From: Octopus sinensis
Taxonomy: Eukaryota
DNA length: 64,000 nucleotides
Assembly: GCF_006345805.1 (NCBI RefSeq)
Contig: NC_043006.1
Location: 1,240,001-1,304,000 of the forward strand
Direction of reading: 5' to 3'
Notes under the pieces: generated by a model
Seen by the model: only the letters and a program-made list of their open reading frames with translations
Databases searched by the model: none
Told to the model about the DNA's origin: nothing
Shown: in pieces, positions 26,817 to 40,295 of the stretch
Layout: each line of letters begins with the position of its first letter
Numbering within the stretch: the stretch's first letter is position 1
Made by a program: the position numbers and the translations under genes

Positions 26817-28087
26817 CAGGGGTTGGACAAAATAATGGAAACATTTAAATTTCAAACAAATTTATTTTAACATGGAGTAGGACCGCTTTTGACAGTAATT
26901 ACAGCTTGAATTCTACAAAGTATGGACTCGTGCAAAGTTTGAATTGTTTTCAAAGGAATTTTTGTCCTTTCTTCAGCTAAAACAGTCTCCAGTTCTTGTA
27001 GTGATGATGGTGGAGGGTATTGACTCCTTACTTGTTTTTCTAAAATGCACCATAAATGTTCAATAATATTGAGATCTGGGGACTGTGGTGGCCAGATAAA
27101 ATGTTCAACTTCTCTAGAATGTTCCTCGTGCTATTCAGTAAAAACTTTGGCTGTGTGAGTTGGTGCATTATCATCCTGAAAGATTGCGTTTCCCTCCGGA
27201 AACAGTTCTGCAACCATAGTATGAATTTGATCAGATAAAATGCTTAGTCGTGACTATTAATTCTGCCATGAAGGGAAACCACTGGGACGGCGGATTTCCA
27301 AGCTATAAGCCCCCACCACAACCACCACCACCAGATCGTCACAGATCCTCCACCATGTTTAACAGTTGAAAGAAAACAGTCTGGGTCAAATGCTTCTTTT
27401 GGCTGTCTCCACTCGTATACTCGGCCGGTGGTCGGAAATAAGGTAAAGGATGACTCGTCCGAGAAAATAACATTCTTCCACTGCTCTAGGGACTAATTCT
27501 GTAGGTTTTTAGTCTACTCTAAACGCTTCGCAACGTTTGTTTTTGAAAGTAGTGGTTTTTTGAATGCAACCTTCCCATGAAATCTGGCTTCGTGCAGCTC
27601 CTGGTGAAGAGTTTTGTGGAAACTGGGTTCTTGAGGTGGTCATTAAGCTCTACAGCAATTTTGGGAGCTGCACTTTTGTGATTATTTCTAACTATTCGCG
27701 TAAGGGTCCGACGGTCCCTATCTAAAAGTTTTGGTTTTCATCCGGAGTTTTGTCTCGACGAGGAAGTTTTTCTCTCCTTCTCAAAAGCTGTTATTACTTT
27801 CGAGACAGTACTTCATACATCAAAAATTTCGGCTGTTTTCGTTATGCTAGCGCTTGCCATACGAACGCCAACAATTTGACCTCTTTGAAAATCCGATAGA
27901 TCTGTCATTTTAATGAATGTTGATTACCTTTTTTCTGATGATATCTGAAAAGAAACAGCAATTTTATCAAAACATATTAAGCAACTCTAATAATAAATCG
28001 AAAAAAATAAAACATGATGGTTTTATAGGTATTTCAAAATTATGATGCTATGATGCTAGATGTTTCCATTAATTTGTCCAACCCCTG
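26817..28087 (-). mobile_element. Tc1-family DNA transposon, full length
   Basis: 27-bp TIRs CAGGGGTTGGACAAAATAATGGAAACA (26/27 match) with TA TSDs at 26815-26816 and 28088-28089. Confidence 0.95.
26867..27908 (-). pseudogene. Tc1 DDE transposase, disrupted
   Basis: MTDLSDFQRGQIVG..., WKNVIFSDES, FQDDNAPTH, WPPQSPDLNIIEHLW and RIQAVITVKSGPTPC*; stops and frameshifts present. Confidence 0.9.
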
Positions 28088-29302
28088 TATATGTATATGT
28101 TTGTCTGTCTGTCTTTGTCCCCCCACCATCACTTCACAACCGATGTTGGTGTGTTTACGTTCTCGTAACTTAGCGGCTCAGCAAAAAACCGATAGAATAA
28201 GTATTAGGCTTACAAAGAATAAGTCCTGTGGTCGATTTGTTCGACTAAAGGCTGTGCTCCAACATGGCCGCAGTCAAATGACTGAAACAAATTAAAGAAT
28301 GAAAGAATAACTTTGATTTACTTAATATTTTCATGGACAGCATAACAATGAAATTCATCCAAAAATTAACCAGAACAAGTTTAATGTAAAAAGTCAGAGA
28401 CATAACCTAATGGAAAATATCTACAATATGCAAATATATGAATATATTGACTGACTTTGTTTCCATCCATTCATCCTAGTCAAGCGCGGACCAATATAAT
28501 TCTTTCATGCCAGACGTCCAGATTAAGCGATGAGGCATAATGTCTGGCTTGAGTTTTAGTCAGATTGGCCCTTGGCTAACTGAAATATCTCATGTCCGTA
28601 CGCCGCGGCGACTACAGACGGTACCATTATTTCACAATCTGAACGGCTTCATCCTGGCCGTTGACAATTTGTAGAGTGTTATTCCGCTCAACATCTCGTG
28701 ATATTCGCCATTGATTCCATAAGTTCACTTGCTGAAATGATTCACATCTATCATACGATTTCTCCGCACCCTGCTTAGAGTGGCTACAAGCTGTGCAACC
28801 CATACCTAGCACCCCGACAAATACTACTACTCTGGTTCAGAGTAGACATGGGAACAATAATGGTTATGGGGTGGTTCCACACTCCTCAAAAGCCTGGAAC
28901 TCTCGAACCAGGATATCACTACCGGATACAGTTTAAAATTCATACCAAGGTAATATGTGGCAGGGGATACTTTTGTTTATGGAGCACTGAGAATTTATTG
29001 TTAGTCACTAGTGGACTGTGGGCTACTAGTTATGATTGCTGATATAGGGAAAAACCTCATAGTCGAAACAAAACTCCGGAAAAAAACCCAAACTTTCAGA
29101 TAGGGACAGTCGGACTCTAACGCGAATTATTAGAATGGATCACAAAAGTACAGCTCCCAAAATTGTCAGTAACCGCCTCAGGTCAGGATGCAGATTCTTA
29201 CTATGATTCATAAAAAAATCTTTCTCTCTCTCTCCCTCTCCCTCTCTCTCTCCCTCTCTCTCTCCCCATCTCTCTCTCCCTCTCTCTCCCTCTCTATCCC
29301 TC

Positions 29303-29334
<32 letters not shown>

Positions 29335-29399
29335 CTACGGAGAGGAGGGTTCCAGCTCATTCGATCAACAGAACAGCCTTCTTGTGAAATTAACGAGAA

Positions 29400-29602
29400 A
29401 GTGGCTTAGAACTCCACAAACGCGCGCACCCTTAACGTAGTTCTCAGGGATACATAGCGTGATACGGGATGTGAAAAGGCCGACCCATTGAATTACAGGT
29501 ACAACTCATTTTGACAGCTGAGTGAACTGGAGCAATAAAGTGAAGTAAAGTGTCTTGCTCAAGGACACAACGCGTCGCCAGGAATAGAACTCACGACCTT
29601 CA
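29400..29602 (-). mobile_element. SINE family D (MetaSINE-like central domain)
   Basis: Reverse complement gives B-box gtgagttctattcc followed by tgtgtccttgagcaagacacttt. Confidence 0.7.
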
Positions 29603-29659
29603 CATAAATGTTCCGTTGCAAAGGAAAGTTCATTATGATGCAATTATATCACTTGTGTT

Positions 29660-29964
29660 CTTCTTCTTTCGCCCTTTTCAAGCCTAGCCAGGCTCATGGT
29701 TTCCCGGTTTCTGTGGCGCATGTGTTCCCCCCAACTGGACGGGACCCCAGTCCATCGCAGCGTTACTCAAGAAACAGGAAGAGAGAATGAGAGAAAGTTT
29801 GGCGAAAGAGTACAACAGGGGTCGCCACCACCCTCTGCCGGAGCATCGTGGAGCTTTTTGGTGTTTTCGCTCAATAAACACACACAACACCCAGTCTGGG
29901 AATCGAAACCGCGATCCTCCGACCGCGAGTCCACTGCCCTAACCACTGGGCCATTGCGCCTCCA
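29660..29964 (-). mobile_element. SINE family C (tRNA-Arg-like head)
   Basis: Reverse-complement homolog of 58348-58668. Confidence 0.9.
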
Positions 29965-31140
29965 CTATCACTGTGCAGCACAGTTTCACACTAGGATGCA
30001 TAGTAGAGTTCTATATTAGGATATAAGTTTTATTCGAGGATGCATTACTCTCTCCCATCAATGAAGGTCAGTAGGAATATTAAGGTAACGTTACTGTTGT
30101 TGCTTTTGTTCTTAATCTTGTTCTTGTTGTGGTTATTATTGACAGAGCTTCTGTTTGATATCACATCGTCCTTGTCTTTGATTTTGACGCATGATCAAAG
30201 CAATCTTTCCACAGAAGAATCTTCTGTTTTATTTGTAAACGTAGTGTAACGCGGTCTACATTATTCAGTGTATATTGGCGACAGAGGCAAACTTAATACT
30301 GAGAGGTAATATTTATTCCCGCTTAAACGTGGGTGATTTATCTCCCCGCTAACGATATAAACAAGAGTGCACTTTATGCCAAAAGCCAATGTGAGAGTTT
30401 CTCTCATGCTTTCTACCACAGTACTCTTTGTTCTAACAGAAAATCCACATTTAAATGGGAATAAATATTCAGTGTACCCTTCCTTTCATGAGAATAGAGT
30501 AAGGTTTGAGCGATATTTGATCGATATTTCTTGCGGTTCCAACGCCTAAATAGAGACTTACTTGTTGGCGTATGTCTTGCTAAGGTATTATAATTCAGCT
30601 GAGTTAATTTATACGAATATTCACAGCCATACGTTTAGCTATTAATGTTTATATTATATTAGTCCTGATCCTGTAGACTTCTGATCAAAAATATTCTGAA
30701 TCATAATGCCCAGTCATACCATCTTTTTCTCTTGGACAATGCACAGAGACTACTTTGCACACTGCATCCTTTCTTTTTTTAAGGGTGGTAAGGAGTGGTT
30801 TGACGGAGGTTTGGCTACAGCTTCTAATTGGTGAGACAACCGCCTCGAGGGTCACTCACTGTCTCATGCTTGATTCAGTGTACCTGTTCCTTGTCATGTA
30901 CTTGAGATTTGGTATGCTGCGATGGTGGTGGTAGCAATAGCACCAGCAGCCGTTCAAGGATTTGGACCTGGAGATCTCCATTTCCAGCGACTTCGAGGGC
31001 AACCTCCCAGTGGTGTGGGGCGTCAACGAAGAGCCCTAGACTACAACAAGACGAACAAAGTTTTTTTTCCCAAGGTCTGGGGTCTCCCGCTCCTCTAAGC
31101 CCTAGACCATCACCTAATCACCCTTACCTGTCTCTTTGCT

Positions 31141-31149
31141 TAACAATAA

Positions 31150-31243
<94 letters not shown>

Positions 31244-31380
31244 GGTGGTGGTGAGAGGTGGTAGTGGTGGTGGTGGTGGTGGTGGTGGTGGTGGTGGTGC
31301 TGGCGGCCTTCGCGATCGTTGTCGTTGTCATTGCAGTCGTAGTCATTGTCGTAGTGGCAGTGATAGATGATGCATTGTTG
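31141..31380. repeat. Compound (CAG)/(TAG)/(TGG) microsatellite
   Basis: Directly visible. Confidence 0.92.
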
Positions 31381-31907
31381 TTATGGATGCATGAACAACA
31401 TTTTCCCCAGACTTACAGATATAGTTGCATTCTTCGTAAACAATACGACTGAGATTCAGTCCATCCAGATTCTATAAAACTCAAATCAATTGACCTTCTA
31501 AATAATAAAAGATATAAAGGGATAAATAAGTTTAGCCATAAGGTCAACAGCCAGTTTTAGCTTGATGTTTACGGATATAGTAGCTTTGAAATGCTTTACA
31601 CACTGGCTTTTCCTCTCTAGATGCCTAATCATTTCCCTTTTAATGCCTAATCGCCAACAGTTGCACAGATTAACGGAAAATGTCTATTTAGTGGGTATTA
31701 ACCCTCCAGAGGCAGCTTATAGTTGCAATGAGAAAAGATCGTAATTTTTTGATATATTGCCTGTTTCCCATTCAATATTAATTCTATGTACCAAATTTGC
31801 ACTAAAAATATCATTTTCTTAGGTTTTACCATGTTCCCAAACATAAATTTTATAGCTGGTTCACATGAAGAAATCTTTACAAATAATTGCTGTAGTTTCA
31901 GTAGATA

Positions 31908-32049
31908 TTAGGTTGTCCCAAAAGTTCGTAAATACTTGCGAAAATTGAAATTTTTACTCGCCATGTACAAACAATAACAACAAAAATTATTCCTCAAAAT
32001 AAAGACCATTATTTTCCAAGACTTTCTACGAACTTTTGGGACAACCTTA
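31908..32049. mobile_element. Mariner-type MITE (142 bp)
   Basis: TIR ttaggttgtcccaaaagttcgta / tacgaacttttgggacaacctta, flanked by TA on both sides. Confidence 0.85.
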
Positions 32050-33474
32050 TATTAGATGGTGGTTAAGTGAGCGTAATTACGCAGTCAAATCATAATATTA
32101 ATTATTAGTGCATTTGTAATGCAATTTTAAAATTTGTTCTCATTATGGGAATGTTGGACGGTAAAAGTTTAATTGAATTATGTTCGCTCATTGCTCTGAA
32201 AAAAGTTGACATTGAAATCATTCCGTTGTCGTCCAAGATCTTAAATTTTTAAACCTTGTACTGCTCTCACCTTTTCAATCCTTGAACCGTGGCTAAGAAA
32301 ACTTGAGCTTTTTGTTTTTTTATATTGCTTAGATTTTTGGGGGTTAAATAAATATATTTAATGCAATATAGTTATTTTTTTGTAAAGTATAGAAGCCATC
32401 TTAATATGGCTAACCACATAGGGGAGGGGGTGTTACTGTAGCTCTACTGTGGCTTCTAAGATGGCTTCTATACTTTACATTATCGAGCGATTACTGTTTA
32501 CATCTCATTCTGAGATTTAATAATAGTTATTATTTTAATTTAAGTTTAAGCTAAAATGAATTATTGAAGAAATTAATATCAATGAACATGTTAAAGCATG
32601 ATATTTTTACATTTCTAGTTAAAACTGTTCCGCTTACACAAGAAAAGACACTGTGGAAAAATGCTTCATCAAAGGCCTTCATATAACAGTAACTTTCATT
32701 TTTATTTATTTCTGCAGCACATTTTACTCTGCACCATTGAACGAAACTATTCAACATATGAAAGAAGAGTATACTTAGAGTTGTCTGAGGAATGAAAGGA
32801 CAGCGGTCATGTCCCCTCATTTTTCAGGATCTCTGATATTAAAGTGGAGTTGTCATTCCCGAAACCGGACACCTAGCCCGAATTCCGCTAAAAGCACCCA
32901 AGAACTTGGCGGTGGTATCAATCCGGTTAACGGGTTATAACTACCATCAAAGAATTCTGAATACAAAGATTTGTCTGAGCAAACACTGTGAGGGATTTTG
33001 TCCGATATGTTAATGATTACGCCAATCCATGGCCTTAAATTGACTCCATCGACTCCGAAAAGAACAGCAAAGTTAACCGTTTTCTTACACGCACGGATAA
33101 ATTTTTCACTATAGGCCTTAATGGTCGTAAAGACATTATATCAATGGATAAACTAATTAAGGTCTTCTTAGGGAAAACTGTCACTGTTCCAAACTGCAGA
33201 CGACACACACACAGCATTACAAACATGGCCCGCACACCCACCTTTACATTCCATGACTATCATTGGGATCGATCTGGTACCGGAAAAAGATTCTGTATTA
33301 TTTTTCCGGGTTTTTTTTTTACTTAATTCTTGAGAGCGGTCGGGTTCACTTTTAGTATTATCGTTTGTGAGAGCAGTCGAGTTTATTTCAGATATTCTCA
33401 TTTTAAAAATCATCTCCGGCTGATCGTTGAGAGGACATTGGTGTTGCCTTGGCGGAGATTTGCGCTCTCTCAGT

Positions 33475-33620
<146 letters not shown>

Positions 33621-33815
33621 CTGTGGGTTAACAAGGCTACAAATGGTTTCATGTAAAGAGATTTCCCATACATGAAACCAATGGTAGTCTGGTTAACCCA
33701 CAAATAAAGAATATTTATCCTCCAATACGGTATTGAGCACTCATTCTCACTGCTTTATAATAGAGTGCATATATTAATGCACACACGCGCACACACATAC
33801 ATATATGCATATGTA

Positions 33816-33863
<48 letters not shown>

Positions 33864-33915
33864 TATATATTTTTGTAGATAAACAGACATTTTATGCGCG
33901 TGTTTGTACATCTCT

Positions 33916-33969
<54 letters not shown>

Positions 33970-34544
33970 GACACACGTTTATCAGTTTCTTTTGGGAACA
34001 AATATTAAAAAGATAACCAATTTAAATCTGAAACACCGACGGCAATTAGTTTTTTGAGTAAATAAAGGCAAGATATTGAACATAACTACGCTTAAAAATG
34101 TTCTTATCAATTAGGTACAAAAGTACAAGTATAAACTTTCTTAATGAAAACCAATAAACACATCAACTCGGTCGCTACATAAAAAAAAAATTCATGGCGG
34201 TATTTAGATAGACAAATATTGCGAGTTTTCTGATAAATATTAAATTTCAGTCGTTTCATCATTACCGACATCTGAAGACTATAATATATTGCACCATAAT
34301 ATAAGGAAATAACTACATTAAATAAACCATAATCACTAATAACTACGCGAGTGAAATCGCAGAACAACACAGAGTTTAACCGATAAAGAAAAGTAACACA
34401 CTCACGCCGTAGAGAATTATACGAGACGATATTAACAGATTATTGAGAACTTTGAAGATCTAGCGTTATTTAACCAATGGAAGAGATTTCGGGAATGTAA
34501 TTAAAAAAAGTGTCAATATACCAATCTCTAAAGAACAACTTGAA

Positions 34545-35150
34545 TTATATAATTATGAATATATATGTATATATTCACCCATGATAGATCGGTAACCACT
34601 ACACACATTTTTCTCTATCTCCTTGTTTCTTTCTGTGGAAGAGCGTAGGCTCGAAATGTTAAAGATTTTTTCAATTCCCGAGGCGCAGGAGTGGCTGTGT
34701 GGTAAGTAGCTTGCTAACCAACCACATGGTTCTGGGTTCAGTCCCACTGCGTGGCATCTTGGGCAAGTGTCTTCTGCTATAGCCCCGGGCCGACCAATGC
34801 CTTGTGAGTGGATTTGGTAGATGGAAACTGAAAGAAGCTTGTCGTATATATGTATATATATGTGTGTGTATGTGTTTGTGTGATTGTCCCCCTAGCATTG
34901 CTTGACAAGCGATGCTGGTGTGTTTACGTCCCCGTCACTTAGCGGTTCGGCAAAACAGACCGATAGAATAAGTACTGGGCTTACAAAGAATAAGTCCCGG
35001 GGTCGATTTGCTCGACTAAAGGCGGTGCTCCAGCATGGCCGCAGTCAAATGACTTAAACAAGTAAAAGAGTAAAGAGTTATACTAATACATCTGGTTGTT
35101 TTCTACACCACCTGTCTTCGTCTTTTGTTTTTCTCGTGAATTCTCCCTAT
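34545..35150 (+). mobile_element. PLE terminal repeat (same family as 24190-24536) split by a family B SINE
   Basis: ctgtggaagagcgtaggctcgaaatgtt...ttcccg [SINE] ttatactaatacatc...tgtcttcgtcttttg, then (TA)n. Confidence 0.65.
34681..35077 (+). mobile_element. SINE family B, full length
   Basis: aggcgcaggagtggctgtgtggtaag...gggttcagtccc...gtaaaagagtaaagag. Confidence 0.95.
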
Positions 35151-35197
35151 ATATATATATATATATATATAGTATTTTAAATAAAATATATGAAAAT

Positions 35198-36527
35198 TAC
35201 CCCTCGCATACACCTACCACAATTAAATAACCTAACGTTTTATATTAATCATATGATCTCTAACACATATATACTTAATTGTTTATGGATATGAAACATT
35301 TGATCATATTTCACTGTAGAAACCTTGTTTAGAACATCTGATGAATAAAGATAGCAAAAACATTGATATATATAAGACAATTGATAGGTAGGAACCCCTC
35401 CAACATGGTAAAATTATAACTTTTCAATATGTGTTAAATAATTTTTTTTTTTTTAGAAAATGTATACATTTGTTAAATGATTTTCTTTTGTTTTTCACAT
35501 TCTTTTAGAGCTAAGTTGTATTAAGTTTACAAAAATACCTACATAAAGTTAAAGTGTAATAATTTAAGTATATAGAATTATATAATGGCAACTAGAAGTA
35601 AAAGCCGTAGTTCAGCATTTGGATTTCCTGCAGAATTTCCTACAGCAATGACTCCCATCAAAGGCTGGTGTATTCCGACATTATTTATACATAAGAAAAC
35701 GTGAGGAACAGATATCAAAAACTTCACCCACACCCAAAGAATACTACCGGATTGTTGCTGCAGATGTGCAAGCAATATGGGACACATTTTCTTTTCCTTT
35801 TATTGAGTATGAGGAAATAGGTCTAAAAATTGAGAGATTGAGTGAATCATCTTATAAATTAAACAAAATACCTATCAAGCAAAGAGAAGATAGTTTTCAT
35901 AAGAAATTAGAGGAGTTCAATGAAATGTTTGATATATGCACCAGCACGTGTTATGACAAACAGATAAAAAGATCTGACTGACATAGCCAATACCTCTTCC
36001 TTGTCATAGCCAAGGAATCGAACATGCTATCAATTTAGTGATAAAAGGTTCTGAAGTCAAAGTAGGCTACGAAAATACATATTAAATGTACAGAAATCAA
36101 GACAAAAGTTTACCTCACTTTCACTGAAAACAATGGCCTTTTAATTAAATAGTAAACTCTATTAATGCTTATTTTACGGTGTTAGCTGTTCATGTATTTC
36201 GTTCGAGGTTCGTGCATAGTTTTGTGTATTGCATGTCACAAGTCAGTAAGAATTTACATTTTTTTTTTACGTTGAAACTGCTTTTCTGAATATAGGCTGT
36301 TTTTATTTTTTAAAAAATTAATACAAACTATAAAGATTCTACTAACTGAGTTTTATTTTTCAGGTGGTGGTGGTGGTGGTGGGGTTGCATATAACTTATA
36401 AAATGCTATATAGGTAATACTTTAACCAATGCAAAGTTAATAGCATTGAAACAAGTTTACAGTTCCTTACATTTTCAGTATTCAAGACAGAATAAGGGAG
36501 AGCTATGCGAGGGGTAGGGGCGCTCTA
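35198..36527 (+). mobile_element. hAT-like (hATm-type) transposon remnant
   Basis: 35585-35981 reads LPSKAGVFRHYLY...IVAADVQAIWDTFSFP...MFDICTSTC; 13-bp inverted repeat tacccctcgcata at 35198-35210 and 36504-36516; right end ...ggggcgctcta. Confidence 0.5.
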
Positions 36528-36642
36528 GCATATATACATAACATAACTTCGCTCTAACACACACACGCGCGCGCGCGCATGCACATATATATATATATAT
36601 ATATACTTATATGAGTAAGTATTTCACTTATATCTCACGTAT

Positions 36643-36703
36643 TTATCGCTGAAGAGGGGAAAATTCTTATGAATTAACCCCGAAATTGGGACCAATACGG
36701 TAA
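36643..36703 (+). ncRNA. Canonical type I hammerhead ribozyme
   Basis: Helix I ttatcg/cggtaa; CTGAAGA; helix II GGGG-AA-AATTC(TTAT)GAATT-AA-CCCC; GAAA; helix III TTGG(GA)CCAA; cleavage triplet AUA. Confidence 0.8.
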
Positions 36704-36949
36704 TAACGCATTTTTGAGAAATTTCTATCGGTTTGTTTCGAGACGCATAAATTATAATTGTTATTAACAATTTTTGTCTTTTTTCGGCATATTTGGCATT
36801 AGAATTTTTCTTTTGCCCTTATTTTTGTAAATTATTTATAAATTTAACCTTTAAAGGTATTTTTTGATATGCTGGCCATTGATAAAATTTTTTCCCGAAA
36901 AAAATTTTATCCTACATTAGTTATATATATATAATATATATATATATAA

Positions 36950-37028
36950 CGGGAAGCTTTATGAAAATAAACAAAAGACGAAGGCAGGTGGAAAACAAAC
37001 GAACAATTGTATTAGTATGGCGCTCAGG

Positions 37029-37030
<2 letters not shown>
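36950..37030 (-). mobile_element. PLE terminal repeat fragment
   Basis: Reverse-complement similar to 35080-35150 (aaacaaaagacgaag.caggtgg...tgtattagt). Confidence 0.6.
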
Positions 37031-37101
<71 letters not shown>

Positions 37102-37122
37102 GGTGTCCCAAAAGTCACTGAC

Positions 37123-37157
<35 letters not shown>

Positions 37158-37471
37158 GTTCAGTTATTGGGATTTCAATCAATAGATTTGTGGGAATTCC
37201 ATTTCAGATAATGCAAAAAGAATAACGAGTATTTATGATGGAAAATTCATGCTATTTATATGTACATTGAGAAATAATACTTGAGGATAAATCCAGTACA
37301 ATGGCAGGATATAAAATATACTGCCTTAATTAGCCCTTACTTAAGTTAAAATTATAGTTAAAAAGGAACCACACGTGTTTCTGTATTGGAAGATCAAAAT
37401 ATATGTAATGAGCATATTTAGAATTCTACATATACATATAATTCTTTGGGTTCATTTTTCATTATATATAT

Positions 37472-37542
<71 letters not shown>

Positions 37543-38749
37543 CACTTGTCAGAGATTATGTTCGCTTTGGATTCATGAGGGCCCGTTTCCAATTTCTCTG
37601 TAAAACCTTCAGTTAATGTTTTTAACCATACCCTCAGGTCCAATAACTGAAAGCTCATCGTCGAAACCAATGGAAGATCCATCATCCTCATCATTATTTA
37701 TCAGTAAAAAATGAAAACGGGAATACACTTCACATATGTGTCTCCATGATGCGAAGAACGAATCTTTCAGTCATACAAGAATTTTTACATCAAGAATTAC
37801 TGAACATTTTATAAAGAACGATCTACATTTTCTGCTTTTTCCTACTCTCTTTTCCTCTCTCTGTGAATTATCAAACCGGTGAGAGATTTGAAAGCTTATA
37901 TTTATCAAATGAATATGGAGAGAGTATGGTAATTCAATAAAACGAACTGCTAGCCATCTGTTTTTGAAACTGGGGAACAGTGTCTCTGTTATATGCTTTC
38001 GTTAAAGTGAAATTGTAACTATAGAAGCTTGAAATTTACGTAAAACAGTTGTGCGAAAAGAAATATATCAAAATGAAATTTATTCATTTTGGTTGATTTT
38101 TTTTTTATTCATTGTTTTAATAAGATATCTTGGTTTGGCAATTGATAAATCATTTGCTAACATCATTACCAGAAATAGAAAAGGTAACGCAGTATCATAG
38201 CAACTGGAGTAGTAAAAATGATTATTTGGAGAGACATAAAGTACACAGCAATTATGATCTTTTTTTTCTTTTTCTTATACAACTGAAGTTCATCATATGA
38301 ATGCATGTCAAAATCGTTGACATGATCGCTAGAATTTTCTTCTGCTTAGCATCTGAATATCTATTGTTCCAACAGTAACTTCATTAATTCTTGAAACATG
38401 TGCGTTTTTCTTTTTTTAACCTTTAATCTATATTTACCGAAGATCTATTACCCTAAATCTATATTTATCGCAACAAATCTGCTGTAACTTAGAAAGTGAG
38501 TGAAATTTTAGGTTAAAAAATTGTCGCTATTTTCTGATGATAGTGTTCGCTTTAGACGTCACTTTTTAATGTATGCCAGCGACTTATAGATCCGACTAAA
38601 TGGCACAGCTGCTCTTCATACACCGCGTCTTGTCTCAGAGAATGTTTTCAAAATTCTATTATGTACTCATTTTTAAAGTGAAAAATGGTCATAACGTGTG
38701 AATTATTAACTATTCATAGTCATAAGTAAGATGTATATGAGAAGGGACA

Positions 38750-39144
38750 AGACGGCGAGCTGGCAGAATCGTTAGCACACCGGACGAAATGCTCAGAGGT
38801 ATTTCGTCGGTCTTTACGTTCTGAGTTCAAATTCCGCCGAGGTCGACTTTGCCTTTCATCCTTTCGGGATCGATTAAATAAGTACCAGTTACGCACTGGT
38901 GTCGATATAATCAACTTAATCCGTTTGTCTGTCCTTGTTTGTCCCCTCTGTGTTTAGCCCCTTGTGGGTAGTAAAGAAATAGGTATTTCGTCTGTCTTTA
39001 CGTTGTGAATTCAAACTCCGCCGAGGTCGACTTTGCCTTTCATCCTTTCGGGGCCGATAAATTAAGTACTAGTTGCTTACTGTAGTAGAGCTAATCGACT
39101 GGCCCCCTCCCCACAAATTTCAGGCCTTTGCCCATAGTAGAAAA
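38750..39144 (+). mobile_element. Dimeric/nested SINE family A with one 17-bp TSD
   Basis: Head + body + tail 1, then a second body + tail 2; GTATATGAGAAGGGACA at 38733-38749 and 39145-39161. Confidence 0.9.
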
Positions 39145-39361
39145 GTATATGAGAAGGGACATTTCTTAAGAACGGCCAGCGTGTATTGATTAAAAAATAT
39201 CGATTATCCATTATGACTATTACATGTCATTTACAATTTTAAATGCAGTGAAATCACATTATATTTTGACGAGAGAATAAATTAAAAAGTAAATCAATCA
39301 AAGATTGACACAAGGTTTATTATTCATAGAGATAGCTATGGTTGACTGAGACTTGTATATA

Positions 39362-39594
39362 TATTTCTTTACTACCCACAAGGGGCTAAACATAGAGGGG
39401 ACAAACAAGGACAGACAGACTGATTAAGTCGATTACATCGACCCCAGTGCGTAACTGGTATTTATTTTATCGATCCCGAAAGGATGAAAGGAAAAGTCGA
39501 CCTCGGCGGAATTTGAACTCAGAACGTAACGGCAGACGAAATACAGCTATGCATTTCGCCCGACGTGCTAACGCTTCTGCCAGCTCGCCGCCTT
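39362..39594 (-). mobile_element. SINE family A, full length with 15-bp TSD
   Basis: TGAGACTTGTATATA at 39347-39361 and 39595-39609. Confidence 0.95.
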
Positions 39595-39639
39595 TGAGAC
39601 TTGTATATAAATGACACTTCGCTTTCGAACTCTTATGTG

Positions 39640-39860
39640 AGAAGCGATGTTGAAGCGGGAGAAATTTGAACTCAGAACGTAAACAAACGTAACGAATACT
39701 GATTTCAAATTTTGTCGCAAGGCCAGCAATTTTGGAGGAGAAGATAAGTCGATTACATCGACCCCAGGTTTTTATTTAACGGGTTTTTATTTTATCGGCC
39801 ATAAAAGTTTGAAAGGTAAAGTCGACCTCGGCGGAATTTGAACTCAGAACGTAAACATAA
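39640..39860 (-). mobile_element. SINE family A fragments
   Basis: Two copies of aatttgaactcagaacgtaa plus gtcgattacatcgacccc. Confidence 0.7.
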
Positions 39861-39866
39861 GTATAT

Positions 39867-40295
39867 AGGCGCAGGTATGGCTGTGTGATTGTGTGATTAA
39901 AGGTGAAGTTGTAACTGCGTGGTAAGAGGCTTGCTCCCCAATCACATGATTCAGTTCTACTTTGTGGTACCTTTGGCAAGTGTCTTCTACTCCAACCGCG
40001 GACAGGCCAAAGTCTTGTGAGTGAATTTGGTAAACGGAAACTGAAAGAAGCCTGCCGTATATGGTGCCTGTGTGCCTTTGAGTCTGTGTTTTCCCCCACC
40101 ACCACTTGGCAACTGGTATTGGTGTGCTTATGTCTCCGTAACTCAGTTCTTGGGCAAAAGTGACCGATAGGATATGTACCAGGCTTTAAAAAGTTATTAT
40201 AAGTCCTGGGGTCGATTCGTTCAACTAAAGTTCTTCAAGGCAGTGCCCCAGTATGGCCACGGTCTAATGACCGAAACAAATAAACAGTCAAAGAT
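39867..40295 (+). mobile_element. SINE family B
   Basis: aggcgcaggtatggctgtgtg...gaaactgaaagaagcc...gtcctggggtcgattcgttc. Confidence 0.9.

Noticed and set aside
37099-37123. Tc1/mariner TIR-like cagggtgtcccaaaagtc within (TA)n
   Set aside because: No partner TIR was found; too short to call an element.
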